Shown piece after piece: positions 48,374-60,921 of a stretch of 64,000 nt of DNA. The stretch covers positions 66,521 through 130,520 of the forward strand of contig NW_005201392.1 in assembly GCF_000372725.1 (NCBI RefSeq). Reading direction: 5' to 3'. Below the pieces are notes generated by a model. It saw only the letters and a list, made by a program, of their open reading frames with translations, had not been told where the DNA came from and searched no databases. Within the stretch, counting starts at the first letter, position 1; every line of letters starts with the position of its first letter. Source of the stretch: Emiliania huxleyi CCMP1516. Lineage: Eukaryota. The translations under genes were made by a program, and so were the position numbers.

Positions 48374-48593
48374 AGCAGGCTGCGAGAGGCCGAGAGAGCA
48401 ACATGCGGTATTGACCGTTGCGTGCAGTGCGTGACCGCGTCTCGGATTTAGCACTAATTTGCAAAAACGCCGTTTTTTGGTCCGCCAACAATTCTTGGCG
48501 CGCCAGTGCGCACCTCCCTGCCCCCAGTGCTGTGGAGCACTTGGAGCACTTGTGGAGGTTGGTGCCGCACCGTTTTTTACTTCCAGCGCCGTC

Positions 48594-49343
48594 ATGAGAG
48601 GTGTGATTTGGTTCGCGGTCGCGCTCTGCGCCGAGGCCGTGGGCACGCGCACTCGGCCGCTCGGTGTGCTTCGCCCTCTGCGCAGTGCGTGCCGCATGGC
48701 TGGGGGCGACGCACCGCACGGCTTGACGGAGGCCTCTCCGCTGGCCGAGATGCGAGCATTTGTCAAAGCGCACGGTCTCGACATCTCCACCTCGGGTAAG
48801 GGGCGCACAAAGGCGACCATATATGCGGACATCGTCGCCGCCTCGCCCGAGATTGCGTCCCCCACGCCAGCCAGCGCACCCCCACTAGCAGCGAAGACGG
48901 CGAAGAAAGCGACGAAAGCGACGAAACCGGCGCCCGCTGCTCCGCCGCCGCCACGCGCTGCCCCGCCCGCGCCGCCGCCGCGAGAGAAGGCGGCAGCGGA
49001 GCCGGCCACGACAGGAGAGGTCGCAGCGGCACAGCAGGTGGCGGCGGCCGAGAGGGAGGCGGCGGCCGAGGCGGAGCGGCAGGAGATGGCGGCGGCCGAG
49101 GCGGAGCGGCAGGAGATGGCGGCGGCCGAGGCGGAGCGGCAGGAGATGGCGCACGCGGCTCGGCGCGCGGAGGAGGCGCTGAGGGCCGACGCCGCGGCGC
49201 GGGCGGCGGCGTTTGCGGCGGAGGAGGCGGAGGCGCTTGCCGTGGCGGTGCGTGAGGCGCAGTCGGGGCAGACAGAGGCGGAGGGGCGGCTCTCCTCGCG
49301 GCTGGAGAGGATGCAGCAGGCGATCGACGCGCTGCAGCACTAG
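48594..49343 (+). CDS. Hypothetical protein: signal/transit-like N-terminus, short helical (SAP/Rho-N-like) motif, Pro/Ala linker, coiled coil with 30-bp repeats
   Basis: MRGVIWFAVALCAEA..RSACRM; LAEMRAFVKAHGLDISTSGKGRTKATIYADI; (AAAEAERQEM)x3. Confidence 0.55.
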   Translation: MRGVIWFAVALCAEAVGTRTRPLGVLRPLRSACRMAGGDAPHGLTEASPLAEMRAFVKAHGLDISTSGKGRTKATIYADIVAASPEIASPTPASAPPLAAKTAKKATKATKPAPAAPPPPRAAPPAPPPREKAAAEPATTGEVAAAQQVAAAEREAAAEAERQEMAAAEAERQEMAAAEAERQEMAHAARRAEEALRADAAARAAAFAAEEAEALAVAVREAQSGQTEAEGRLSSRLERMQQAIDALQH

Positions 49344-49679
49344 ACGCGGCCCGGGCGCGGCGGGCGGTTGGCGGAGAGGGAGGCTGAGGGAGGTTGAGGG
49401 GCGGCGGAGAGTTAGCCTGGCTTTGCCTTTGGCGTTGCATGCTCTGATTTGGAGAGTCTTTTGCTATATTTTGGCGCATGAAGCCTGTGCGTGCGGCCGG
49501 GATGCGACGAGAAAAATATGTGAAATGCAGACACAGAGGGCGACGCAGACTATAGACTAAGCGGCTGCTTCCGACACATCTCACCTGACTCACAATCTCC
49601 AGGACTGCTCGAGGCTTAATTCCGTGCATGCTGTTCACTCACATCCGCTGTAGCTCCTCTCCCTCCCTCTCTCTCTCTC

Positions 49680-49991
49680 TTAGAACTCGGATGAGAAGAG
49701 CTTGAACAGCCGGTAGAAGCCGCCAAACACCGCCGCGGCAAAGATAAAGGGGGCTAACACGCCAAGCAGCGCCCCGAGGCTCAAGTCAGCATTTCTCTCG
49801 AACGGCGTGGCGTCGGCAAGGACAGCGGCGGGAAAGATGGCACTCGGAGGTGGTGTGGGGTGAAGAGGGGCGCGCTGCAGACGCGGGGTGAATGCAAACG
49901 CGGTGGCGCCAGAGTTGGGTGCAGTTGTCACGATCGGCGCGCTGCTGTGCGGCGCCAGCAGGCCGAGGACGAGAGCGAGTGGGAGAATCAT
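49680..49991 (-). CDS. Small single-TM protein with signal and transit-like presequence (possibly plastid/thylakoid)
   Basis: MILPLALVLGLLAP..; C-terminal LGALLGVLAPFIFAAAVFGGFYRLFKLF. Confidence 0.5.
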   Translation of the reverse strand: MILPLALVLGLLAPHSSAPIVTTAPNSGATAFAFTPRLQRAPLHPTPPPSAIFPAAVLADATPFERNADLSLGALLGVLAPFIFAAAVFGGFYRLFKLFSSEF

Positions 49992-50397
49992 CCTCCGGCA
50001 CGTAGACAGCGGAGACGAGCAGATACACTTGGCTCTTCCGCGCCACGCCGACAGAGGGGAGCAGCGAGCCGAGCGGCGATTATTTTTTCGACCACCTCGC
50101 CTACCTTTATTTTTATAGATAGATCCTCGGGCTTACCTTTTAGTACGATCGCACTAGTTCGTAGTCGTAGTCGTTGTCACGTCACGCGCTTGCGGGCGAG
50201 GCCGAGGGAGTACTCACCGGTTCGCCGGGTCATTGTATCGTGTCGGGGCGCGAGGGCCAGTGTCGTGTCGGGTGCCGCGGGGGCTGGCTCGAGGGCCACG
50301 TTCGCCGCCCGGCCGGCGGGCTTCCGCCGGCCGAGGGGGGGGGGGGGTGCCGCTCGGCGGGGTGGGCCGGGTGCCGCAGGCCACGTTCTCGCCCCGC

Positions 50398-52613
50398 ATG
50401 CCCAGTGGCTACTATTCCGACTCCTCGGACGATGAGGAGGAGCCGACGGTGATGCTCGGCTTCGCCGCGGACGTGAGCGAGCCCTCCTTGCTTGCCCGCA
50501 ACCACTTCCCCTCCAAGCTCGGCGGCGCTCCTGCGTGGCTCGACCCCGTCAACCTTCCGACCGAGAGGCAGCTCCGGTGTGGCGCAAGCGGCGAGCCGCT
50601 GCGCTTTGTGGCGCAGGTGTACGCCGCCGCGTCGGACGAGCCGCACGCCTTCCACCGCTCCATCCTCCTCTTCCTCTCGCCGCACGGCCCGTCGCTCTCG
50701 CGGCCCGGCGCCGTCCGTGCCTTTCGCTGCCAGCTGCCGCGAGACAACAGCCACTACCCGCACGAGCCGCCCGAGGAGGGCGACGCGCCGCGCGCGCTCA
50801 CGCTAGCCGAGGCGCGGCTCGCCTCCGCCCGCTGCCCACTATGGGCCAACAGCGGCGGCGGTGGCGGTGGCGGCGGCGGTGGCGGTGGCGGTGGCGGTGG
50901 CGGCCCGCCGCCGCTGTACCACGAGCACGAGCTGAGCATCGACGAGGAGCCGGCGGAGGAGGAGGCGGCGGAGGAGGCGGTCGATCGCGACGGGCGGCTG
51001 CAGGAGCTGATGCGGGCGGTGCGCGGCGTGTCGACCGGCGCCGGCACCGGCGGCGACGGCGCTGCAGCGGTCGGGAAAGGTTGCGTCGAGGCGGGTGGCG
51101 GGGAGAAGGGCGGCGGGGAGAAGGGCGGGCCGCTTCTGGACGAGGAGGAGCAGGAGGAGGCGGTCGAGGACCTCCGCTCGCAAGACCCGCGGCTCACCGA
51201 GTTCGGCGCCTTCACGGTTCGCCCGCCTAGACGCCGAAGACGCATTCTTGTCTTCCCACCGGCGCTAGAGAGGACACGCACTCCGCTGTTCGGCCGCGTT
51301 TGGCTGTATTCGTGGTATTCGCAGCCCGTGCATTCCACGGTGCTCTTCCTCTGCACGACACCCTCCTCCCGCCCCGATGCTGGTGCCTCCATGGTGCCTT
51401 CGTCCTGTAGTGCTGGTGCCTCCATGGTGCCTTTGTCCTGTAGGCTCGCCTGGCGCGCGCTCCGGCGCAGGCGGTGCGGTACTGCTTCGAGGAGGGTGCG
51501 GCGCCGCTCTGGGCGGGCAAGGCGGGGAGGGCGCCAGACCCCGTGCCGGCGTGCCCCCTCTGCGGCGGGCCGCGCCGCTTCGAGATGCAGCTGATGCCGC
51601 AGGCGCTCCACTACTTGGGCGTCGACGATATCTCCCCACATCTCCCCACATCTCCCCACATCTCGCCGCCCTGCCGCAGGCGCTCCACTACTTGGGCGTC
51701 GACGCGGCCGACGACAAGGCGGCGAGATATGGGGGAGATGTGGGGAGATCTCCCATACTCCCTAGATACTCCCTAGACACTCCCGAGACACTTCCTAGAC
51801 ACTCCCTAGACGCTCCCTAGACACTTCCGCCCGCCTCTGCGAAGAGCCTTCCCGAGACGGCCGTTTGGTGACCCAAGGGCGCGGCGAGACCAGGCGCCCG
51901 ACTTTGCGACGGTCCCTAGACACTTCGTAGACATTTCCTAGACACTGACTAGGCGCCCGACTTTGCGACGGTCGCCATCTACACGTGCGCCGCCTCCTGC
52001 GCCATCTGGCCGCTGTCCCGCCGGCAGGCCCAGCCGGCCGAGGCGGCGAGCAAGCCTAGAAGCGGAATGCGTGACTAGCGCTCTCGAGAGGACACGTATG
52101 TAGCTGCAGCCGCCGTGCTCGGCTGCATACAGTGCATTCATTGCCCGTGTCCTCTGAAGACGCGGCGTCAGACCGTACTCCCGCCCTGACCCTCGGTGTG
52201 TGTTCATGGCGCAGGCGAGGGAGGCGGGCTGCACGCCGCCCGAGCAGCCGGGTGCGTCGACCGCCCTCCCCGCCGAGGGGTGGGGAGGGCTGCCCGCGCC
52301 GCCGACCGCCGCCGCGGCCGAGGCGGCCGTGGGCCGGAGGATCGTGTTGCAGGGACTGAGCCGCGCCGACCTCAACGGAGCGACCGGCACCGTCCTCAGC
52401 TGGCACGAGCCGAGCGGCCGCTGGGCCGTCGAGCTGGACGCTGTCGCGGCGGCGGAGGGAGAGGCGGCGAGCGGGGAGGCGGCGGCGGGGGCGGAGGGGG
52501 CCGGCGAGCGGGTGCGGGTGAAGGGAATCCACATGGCGCCCGTCGACGCGGCGACGGAGCCGGCGCTCGGCGGGTATGTGGAGGAGTACTGCTGGGTGCA
52601 GATGCAGGAGTGA
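50398..52613 (+). CDS. PDCD2: PDCD2/TSR4-like protein (programmed cell death 2 family, uS5 chaperone), multi-exon
   Basis: FPSKLGGAPAWL..LRFVAQVYA..FHRSILLF..VRAFRCQLPRDN; QAVRYC..PACPLCGGPRRFEMQLMPQ; DFATVAIYTCAASC; terminal YVEEYCWVQ. Confidence 0.88.
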
Positions 52614-53003
52614 GGTGGAGGTGGCGTCTCCGTCTGGCGGGGGTCCGGGCTCTGGCGCGACCGCCAAGGACGTGTGATTACCGTGTACCACCGAGATCGA
52701 AGGGGGAAAATGTGCACACACACACACACGTACGGGCACGCGCGCGCGCGCACTTTTCCGCTCGGGGGTCTCGCACACACCCCGACAGCGTCGGCCCCGA
52801 GGTCAGGTCTTTCGTCTACTGTCTCTGTTGATGACAACATTTTTTACTCGCTGGTCCGTCTGCGACTCTCCCTCTGCGCCTCGCGACCGCAAGGCCAAGG
52901 CGCAAGGGGAAGCGGGAACGAGGGCGTCACTCTCACGTCTCAGTCTCACCGCGCCGAACATGAGTGTGTGGAGTTAGAGAGACCCCCCTGCCGGTGCCCC
53001 TAG

Positions 53004-54575
53004 TCATCCACGTAGTTCTAGCTGTGCCGTTCCATTCACAAAAGCCCCGCCGCTCTTCGCGGCGCTTTCGGTTGCCGCGCGCATCAAGGACACCATGCTT
53101 GGCAAGCAGCCGGTGCGACCGCCATGGCCGGGGAGGGGGGAGGGGCGTGTTGTTTGAAGCCTTGGGCCCTCCGCGCTCGGCGGAGCGGTTCTCATCGTGC
53201 CTCGCGCACAAGCCAAGCGCCTCCTTGTACTGGAGGGCAATCTGCCCGACGGAGAAGCGGTCCGCGACTGCCACGCCCGCGTCGGAGACGCGGCGGCGAA
53301 AGGCGGCCGACGCGGCGAGGGCGCGGACGGTGGCGGTAAGCTCGCTATAGTTGTGCACGAGGAGGATGTGCGGATCTCCGGCCGCCACCTACTCGAGACG
53401 TCCCGCCTCAGGCGGCCCAACCCTAGCTGATCTCGGCCAACCCTGTCCAGGCTGGTCGCGCCTCCTCAAAGGTTGGCGTCCAGAGGGCGATCACAGGCAC
53501 GCCCGTCGCGAGCGCATTGGTCAGGCGCTGCGCGGCGTTGGAGTGGAACCACTGAATCAGCAGGTCGTACTGTGCGAAGACGCGCGTGAACAGGTCGCCG
53601 GTGCCGAGGAACGCTGCCATGCGCGCCTGCACCTCCCCTCCACTCATCTTGAGCGCCTGGCTCAAAAAGCCGAGCCGCGAGGACGGCGCGGCCGTGCCGC
53701 CCCAGAGCGGGTTGCAGCTGAAGTCGACCTCCGGGCCCAGCGCCTTGGAGAGGTTGACGCAAAATGACCTCGCCGTCGGGAGGACGCGGTGCTCCATCAC
53801 CATCAGCGCTTGCGGGCGGGCGGGCCAGAGGCTGCCGTCCGACACGCGCCGCGTGACCGAGTGAAAGTGCTCGATGTAGTGGACTTCTCGGGTGGTGTTG
53901 GCGAGGACGGGGCAGCTTGCGCTAATTTGTTGCCACGCGATGCGGGAGAGGGCGATCGCGCCGTCAAAGTGACGCAGCAACGACTCGCCATTGCAGGAGG
54001 CTGCCTGTGCAACGCCATTCTGTGAGCTCGGTCAACCTCGGTCAACCTAGAACACTCTCAGTCTTGCCTGGAAGAGCGGGTTTAAGTCCATCGTATCGAG
54101 CAGCAGCCGGCGCGTCAGCGAGCGCACCGTCTTGATCAGGTGAATGCTGGAAGGGGATGCAGGCGGAGCGAGGTAGGATTGCAGTATGGTTAAGAGTGTG
54201 TGCGTGGTGCGTGCACGACCTGGACGGGATTTGCTTGATGAAGATTATTCCGTCGAGCCTCTCCTGCCCCGGCTGGCGCAGGCGCGACAAGGTGGCGGCG
54301 GAGCAGCTGGGGATGCACACCGCCGGCAGATCATGCGCCGTGAGGGCGCGCGCAGTCTCGAGGCAGCGGTGCCTTGGCCCGCCGAGGTTGAGGCCGTGGC
54401 ATGCGGCGATCACAACGCGCGCGCGTTCGAGTGGAGGCTCGAACGCGCTCCGGTTGGAGACGGCGGCGGCCGGCGCGGCCCTGAATTTCTCGGCAACGGT
54501 CAGCGGCATATAACACACGGCCCGCCGTTTCCGCCCCGCCCCGACCGGTGTCTTCGAGACCTCGCTGCAATGCAA
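53004..54575 (-). CDS. Putative GT-B fold glycosyltransferase (GT4/CgeB-like), multi-exon
   Basis: AQRLTNALATGVPVIA..HNYSELTATVRALAASAAFRRRVSDAGVAVADRFSVGQIALQY resembles a GT-B nucleotide-sugar-binding C-terminus. The start is uncertain. Confidence 0.5.
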
Positions 54576-55719
54576 TCTCTGGACGGTCGGTCTACAGGGC
54601 CAGGGCGGGCCGGCTCGGGCGCGATTGCGCGCTCAATACTACCACGACTACCTGCTCTCGAACCGGGCCGCCGACGGCGGGCTTGTGCGGCGCGCCGCTC
54701 GACGGCAGGCTGCTCCTCACCCTTCCGACAGCATCTGCTGTCTCGCTTCTCTCGCTGCGACCGCATCCGGGGGCCTGCGGCGACCTCCTCGCTTCGCCAG
54801 CGCTGCCTATGACTGCGGCACGCACGTCGGCTCGCCGCCCGCGTCGCCCGCGGCGGGCCCGCATAGCGCGCCGCTTGTCGGGGGAGTGCCAAGGAGGTTG
54901 AGGAGTACAGGCTGCCTAGCCGGCCGCGGGCGGATTTTAACCAAAAAAAATTGTTCCAGTCTTAGCAAGCAAAAAGGAGCACACACGACTCAGCAAGTCC
55001 GCACCAGCGACTGCCACTCGCCTAACCTGCCTCGTCACAAGTGCCCTCCCAATCGCGCCCAGCGCAGGCACACACGCTCCGCCTGTTCTCACCCAAACAC
55101 TCTATCACACCCTTGCCTCCCTGCCAGAGCGAGCTAGATTCTCCCCGCCTCCCTCCCGCCTCTGCCGCGCGCCTTCTATGGACGTCCAGTGCAGCACCTA
55201 GGGGGAGAGAGGGGGTTTGCCCTGGTAGCGAGGTGGCGAGGTCGCGCACTGCAAACCCAGTTTGTGAGGAGTGGGGGAGCTGGGACAGGGCATGTACGCC
55301 TCTGATCTGTCATGGTCTAGTGGCCGATAGGATCCTCCCTTAGGCAGCGATGGCGGGTCGGGAGAGGCCCGACTTCATAGCCCGCCACTTACTGCCAGCC
55401 TCTCTGACTGCCCAGGGTCTCACCACGATGCCGCCCGAGTACAGGGGGATAAGAGGACAGTAGAGTGCGGCTCTGTACTGAACCTCTCTCTGTGTGGATC
55501 CCACCTGAGCCCACTCGCGGTGCGAAGGCTCCTAATGCGGCAACTGAGCCCGCAAGGGTAGGGCACTCAGGGAGACGGAGAGGGGTTATGTTGGATAATA
55601 CGGTTTATGTTGCGGTGTTGTGGCGTATACATACACACCGCACACTGTGCTGTGTGCAGAGCTGGCGGATTTTAACAAATGTGTCGTCGCAGAAGTTTTG
55701 ACCGTTATCATACATTTGT

Positions 55720-56640
55720 TTACTGCTCAACCAGCAGCGCCGCTCGGACTCCCTCCAAGTGCGCCATGCCCAGCACCGCCACGACCGCGGCGCCAGCACC
55801 CGCGGCGTCCTCAGCCTCGCCGCCGCCGCGCAGATGCTGCGGCGGCTGCAAGCACGCCTCGCGTATGTTGCCCGCCAGCACCTGGTTGCGCTCGTCGATT
55901 AGAGCGATGAAGCCCGCCCGCCCGAGCACCACCGCCGCGAGCGCCGTCACAGCGCCGTCCGAGACGCCCGCAACCGCGCCCGTCGCCTCGTCGACGGCCG
56001 CCGCGAGCGCGAGGGCGGCGGCGGAGAGTCCGGCGAGCGGCAGAGCCGCTGGCGACGAGTAGGCGTAACGCGCCACCGCCAGCGGCGTGCCGGCGAGGAT
56101 GCGCCGGTCGAGCGCCGCCGCGCCAAAGGCCGGAAGCTGCGAGAGTGCTAGTCGTCCGTCGTCGCCGATCCTTCGCCAGCCCGCCGGGGAAAGCGCGTCG
56201 GCCACCGTGCGCGCGACCGCCACCGCGAGCCGACGGCCGCTCTCTGCCACGGGCTGGTCGGCGAGGACGACGTCGCCGAGACCGCAGTCGAGCGCCGCCT
56301 CGAACGCTACTTGGAACTCGTCCTCCGACAGCACGCGCCGCAGAGAGCGCTCGCGGTTCCACTTGCGAGCAACATCTGAGCTCCAGCGCGCGTCGCACAG
56401 CTCTATTACGGCCGCATGCAGGCCGCCCGACGCGGCGGCGTCGCGAATGGCTGTCTCCACCGTTGCGATGGAGTGCGGATTGTAATGCATGGTGCCGACG
56501 AGGATCACCTCTCTCGCCGAGGCCGCGTCAATCACGCGCATGACAGAAGGCTGGGCGGAGGATGCTGGCACAGCCCAAGGCGCCGCGAGCGCAGAGAGGG
56601 TGCCCTCGAGGATGCGTCCGACGCGCATGATGCGACTCAA
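55720..56640 (-). CDS. TraB/PrgY-family protein
   Basis: EVILVGTMH; AVIELCDARW; EFQVAFEAA..VVLADQP; LIDERNQVLA; VVAVLGMAHLEGV. Confidence 0.88.
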   Translation of the reverse strand: MSRIMRVGRILEGTLSALAAPWAVPASSAQPSVMRVIDAASAREVILVGTMHYNPHSIATVETAIRDAAASGGLHAAVIELCDARWSSDVARKWNRERSLRRVLSEDEFQVAFEAALDCGLGDVVLADQPVAESGRRLAVAVARTVADALSPAGWRRIGDDGRLALSQLPAFGAAALDRRILAGTPLAVARYAYSSPAALPLAGLSAAALALAAAVDEATGAVAGVSDGAVTALAAVVLGRAGFIALIDERNQVLAGNIREACLQPPQHLRGGGEAEDAAGAGAAVVAVLGMAHLEGVRAALLVEQ

Positions 56641-57386
56641 GCGGGGGCGGGTGTGCGTGATGTCTGTGGGCCCGAGAGGGATGCCGCCTTTCCAAGTGTA
56701 TATTTTTTTCTAGCTGGCATCCCCTTCCGGTTTTCCCCTCTCTTCTAGCTGGAGTCCTTCCCTGTCACAGGAAGGACTGTGGTTGCAGGATAGTACCACC
56801 AGCCATCACTTTAGTTGGTATAGTACCCCACCTTCACCGATCCCGTCATTTCTTTTTTAGTTTCCCATAAGTAAGGTAGGTAGGTAGGTATAGGGGCAGG
56901 GCAGGGGCCGGTCAGGTTTTTGCAGAATTTCAGCATGATGCCCGGCTGCCCCGCGCAGCAACCGTCGGGCGACGACCCGGGGGCCAAAATTCCGGCGACG
57001 ACCGACGGCGCTCTGGATGGGGCGTGACCTCCTGCCTCCAACCTCCTTCCTTTTTTGAGCAGGTGTGCCGCCGCGCGAGCAACGCTCCGAGATCGCCCGA
57101 GATAGCGCGGCGCGGCCCCGAGATCGTCCGAGATAGCGCGAGATCGCCCGAGATTGCGCGGCGCGGCCCGAGGCGAGGTGGATGGGTTGGGAGCAAGGGG
57201 GCGGAAGTGTTCAGTGCGGTAGATGGTAAGCTCGGGGCGCGTGAGCCGGACTTGTGAGCCGGACGGCTTTCATTTCTCTCTGCGTTCTTGCACATGGAGT
57301 GCAAGATACTCGGCTGTCCTTCCCAAACTGTCACTCCCCTTTCTCCCGGCCGGGGTGGGGCGCGCGCGCGGGCGGCGGGTGTGAGG

Positions 57387-57605
57387 CGAGTGTGCGGGAT
57401 GTCTGTGGGCCCGAGAGCGATATGCCATGTCCGCCTTGCGTTTGTTTCATAACATCGAAGGCTAAGCTCAACGAAAAAAAAAGACAAGCGATTTCCATCT
57501 TCACATAATCGCACAACCCTCGTTTGGGTTTGTCTGTTTTCTTTCTTTCTTTTTTCGCACAACCCCGGGCCCGAAATCGCACAGAGACAGTCACGCAACA
57601 CGGGG
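57387..57605 (+). repeat. Dispersed repeat family C copy plus an inverted copy of the 44205-44258 segment
   Basis: 57387-57470 matches 44267-44350; 57556-57605 is the reverse complement of 44205-44258. Confidence 0.85.
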
Positions 57606-58470
57606 TCCCAGGGAAGGCGAGCAAAACCTTATCCATCTTCACATACCGCATACCTCTGGGGGGGCGGGCCCCCGGAGGCACCGTGCGCCGCGCCGCAGTG
57701 CGGAAACGGGGCCCCGGCGCTCAGAGTCGCTCAGAGCACCAACTTCCCGATTAAGCTAGGTTGATCAGAGGGCAGATTTGGAGAGATCTCGAGGAGTACA
57801 TACAGATAGACCCTCCAACCATCAGAAACCTCCAACCTGATCGGTCGTACTGACCGCCGACAGATCACTCCAGACAGCAGACAGGCCGACGTCTGCACGC
57901 AGCCGGCCGGGCGAGAGGCTTGACACGATCCGACCCTGCGACCCTGACGCTGGTGCTCTAGCTATCAGACATGCACTGCTGACTGCTGCCACAATGTGCG
58001 ACCTGTGCTGGCCCACTTGGCGGCCTTCCCGGTCAGTGGTGAGGCGCAGTTCAGAGCTGTCGATGGCGCGATGCCGCACTGGTCCCACATTGGTGACACT
58101 CTAGACCACCAAGTTTGCCGGTCCAAGAGAGAGGCACCGGCGCTGTCCTGAGAAGGTGCGTGGTCCCTCTTGACTGCCCATGCGCGCGAGGCTGTGTAGG
58201 CATAGCCTCGAGAGTGCCAGCAGCCAATCCAAGGATGTCGCAAGGCGTGAAAAGGCAGCACCCCGGTCTTGAGAACGTCTTCGCGCACCTGCGCAAAGAG
58301 CACAGTTGTTTTCTTTTCCAACGGTTGGCGGCTCGCCGTCGTCTCCACGGCGCACGGGCCGCCATCTGCCCCACTCGTCGTACGTCGAAAGTAGCGTCAT
58401 AGAAGCGGCCGTGGATCGAAGAGATCGACTCAAAGAGATGGTCGCGAGCCGGTCCGTTAAGCGAAAAAGA

Positions 58471-58705
58471 AAGAATTTAAACAAAACAACGCTCTCTCAC
58501 AGCACACAGGCTCGACACAGGTGCGAACTGGCGCGTGCTAGTACTATCACCGGCACACCACCGGAGCCGCCTAAGCGACTGTCTCCGTTAAGAACGGCAA
58601 TGCACTTAGCTCCGTGCACAATGCCGAAAGAATTCAAAGAATTTTACAACCAAACTCCCTCGCACAACACTGGGCACGGGACTGGCGCGCACTGGCACTA
58701 ACACA
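58471..58705 (+). repeat. Two copies of dispersed repeat family A
   Basis: 58636-58705 is near-identical to 9325-9400; 58471-58540 is diverged. Confidence 0.8.
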
Positions 58706-58938
58706 GGTACACCGAAGTCCCAGCCGGCTCCTACTGCAGGTTGCGAAGAAATCTGGTGGTCGATATTCGAGTCGGAGACGCTCAAGCCTCAACCAGCTCA
58801 ACACGCCGGACACGAAAGGTTCTAGTAGGACAGTCAGACTCACTCAGAGGACAGAGCTTCAGGTGCTAGACGGTCGTGGGGGGTCGTCACCGGGGAGGGA
58901 CGACTGCGTCCCGGCTGTCGTGTGCTGCGTGCCCGCGG

Positions 58939-59218
<280 letters not shown>

Positions 59219-60090
59219 CACGTCACTGCATCCTCTGCCGGTTCCTCCCGTCGCCTCTTCTTTGTTCGAATGTTTTTCAATCCATCCTTCACGAAGCCCT
59301 CCCATGTAGCTAGCGTTCTTGGCGAATGTCTCGAAGTGGCCAGCAGGCGCTGTCTGCTCGCGGCCTGTGCGGGCCGCTCGTCCTCCTCGCCCTTCTTTTG
59401 TCCTCCCGTCCCTCCCCTCCACCATGGCCTCCTCGGCACTTCTTTCTCCATCCGCCTCGCCCTGCCTTTTCGTATCGTGCCGTTCGCCCTCCATTCGGTG
59501 ACCTCCATGGCTGTCCGCTTCCTTTTGGGTGGCGCTCTCGATACCGTTGCGCGTTGCGTCAACCTCGACGTCGCTGTCGCCCTCCCCGTCCCCGTCCCCG
59601 CCGTCGCCCGTGCCTCGGTTCGCGTCATCGGTAGCGTCTCCGTTGCCCCCTCGTGCTCCGCCGTCGCCCTCTCTGCTCGGGCCGTTCGCGATTTCGCTCC
59701 TCCTAGGGGGGGTGCTCGTGCTGCTGTGTGCGGATGCGATGCACGCGCGTGTCCTCGCCGCGCTCCGGTTGTCGGTCAAGTTGTCCAGACTCCAGGTCCG
59801 AGAGCCGCGCCTCCGCCTGGGCGCCTGCGTGACTGCTCACTTTTGGTTTTGCCCCTTCTCCCTTAACCTATCCCATCCTCTACTGAGAACAGCCGCTCCA
59901 GCCTCACGACTTCATACACCCACACATGATATCAGATTTGCGAAGACAGGCGCGCAAGCGTCGTCGCGTGTGCACGAACGCGTGCTATAGGACCCTCGCC
60001 CCGAGAGGACCCCTTCGCGCCCGTCCTCCCCACCGCCACCCCTCAACCTCGCACGGAAGCCCGATCTCGCAGCTCGCTCGCGGCCGCTGG

Positions 60091-60825
60091 CTAGAAGTCG
60101 AACTCGATGCCAAAGTCGCGGTGGTCGCGCAGCAAGTACGGCGCGAGCAGCGTCCACGAGTAGAGCAGCAAGCAGATCCACTGCGACACGACCTACCGCG
60201 CGCAACCTCCGGTCACCTCGGGTACATCTCGAGCAGCCGGAGCGCGGCGCGCCACAACCTTGACCCAAAAGGAGGGCAGCCCGACCGAGTAGGACGCCGC
60301 GTCGTACGTGTCGATCGTGCCTCATTACACATGCAGGGCACCGGGGCTGCAGGCGACGGCCCAACCGGGAGGAGAGGGGCCGGAGGCGCCTCGGAGGCAT
60401 CTCGGAGGCGCCTCGGGAGTGTCTCGGAAGTGTCTCGGAAGTGCCCCTCACCGACGGCCGTCGGCACGCCGTCGATGTACGCGGGCTCGGTCGACCAGCC
60501 AGTGAGGAGCATGGAGAGGTAGAGCGCGCACGTCGCCATCATCAGGTGGTAATACCACCACGACTCCTCCTCCATCTCGTCGTACGCCGGCGCCTCCTTC
60601 TCCGCGTTCGGGTCGAGCGGCTGCTCGTTTGGCGAAGCGGAGTCGGAGCCGATGACCTTAACGGACAGATCAGGTCAGGTCAAGTCAGGTACACTTCCAC
60701 ACACACACGAGCTGGTGGGGCAGGAGCCAGGCTAGTCCCTCGCGACTCCACGTCTAGACGACAGGAGCCGCACGGCATTCAACGTGCAAGGCCCAGTGCG
60801 CGTGGGTGAGCGGTGTGCGTGCGCG

Positions 60826-60921
<96 letters not shown>

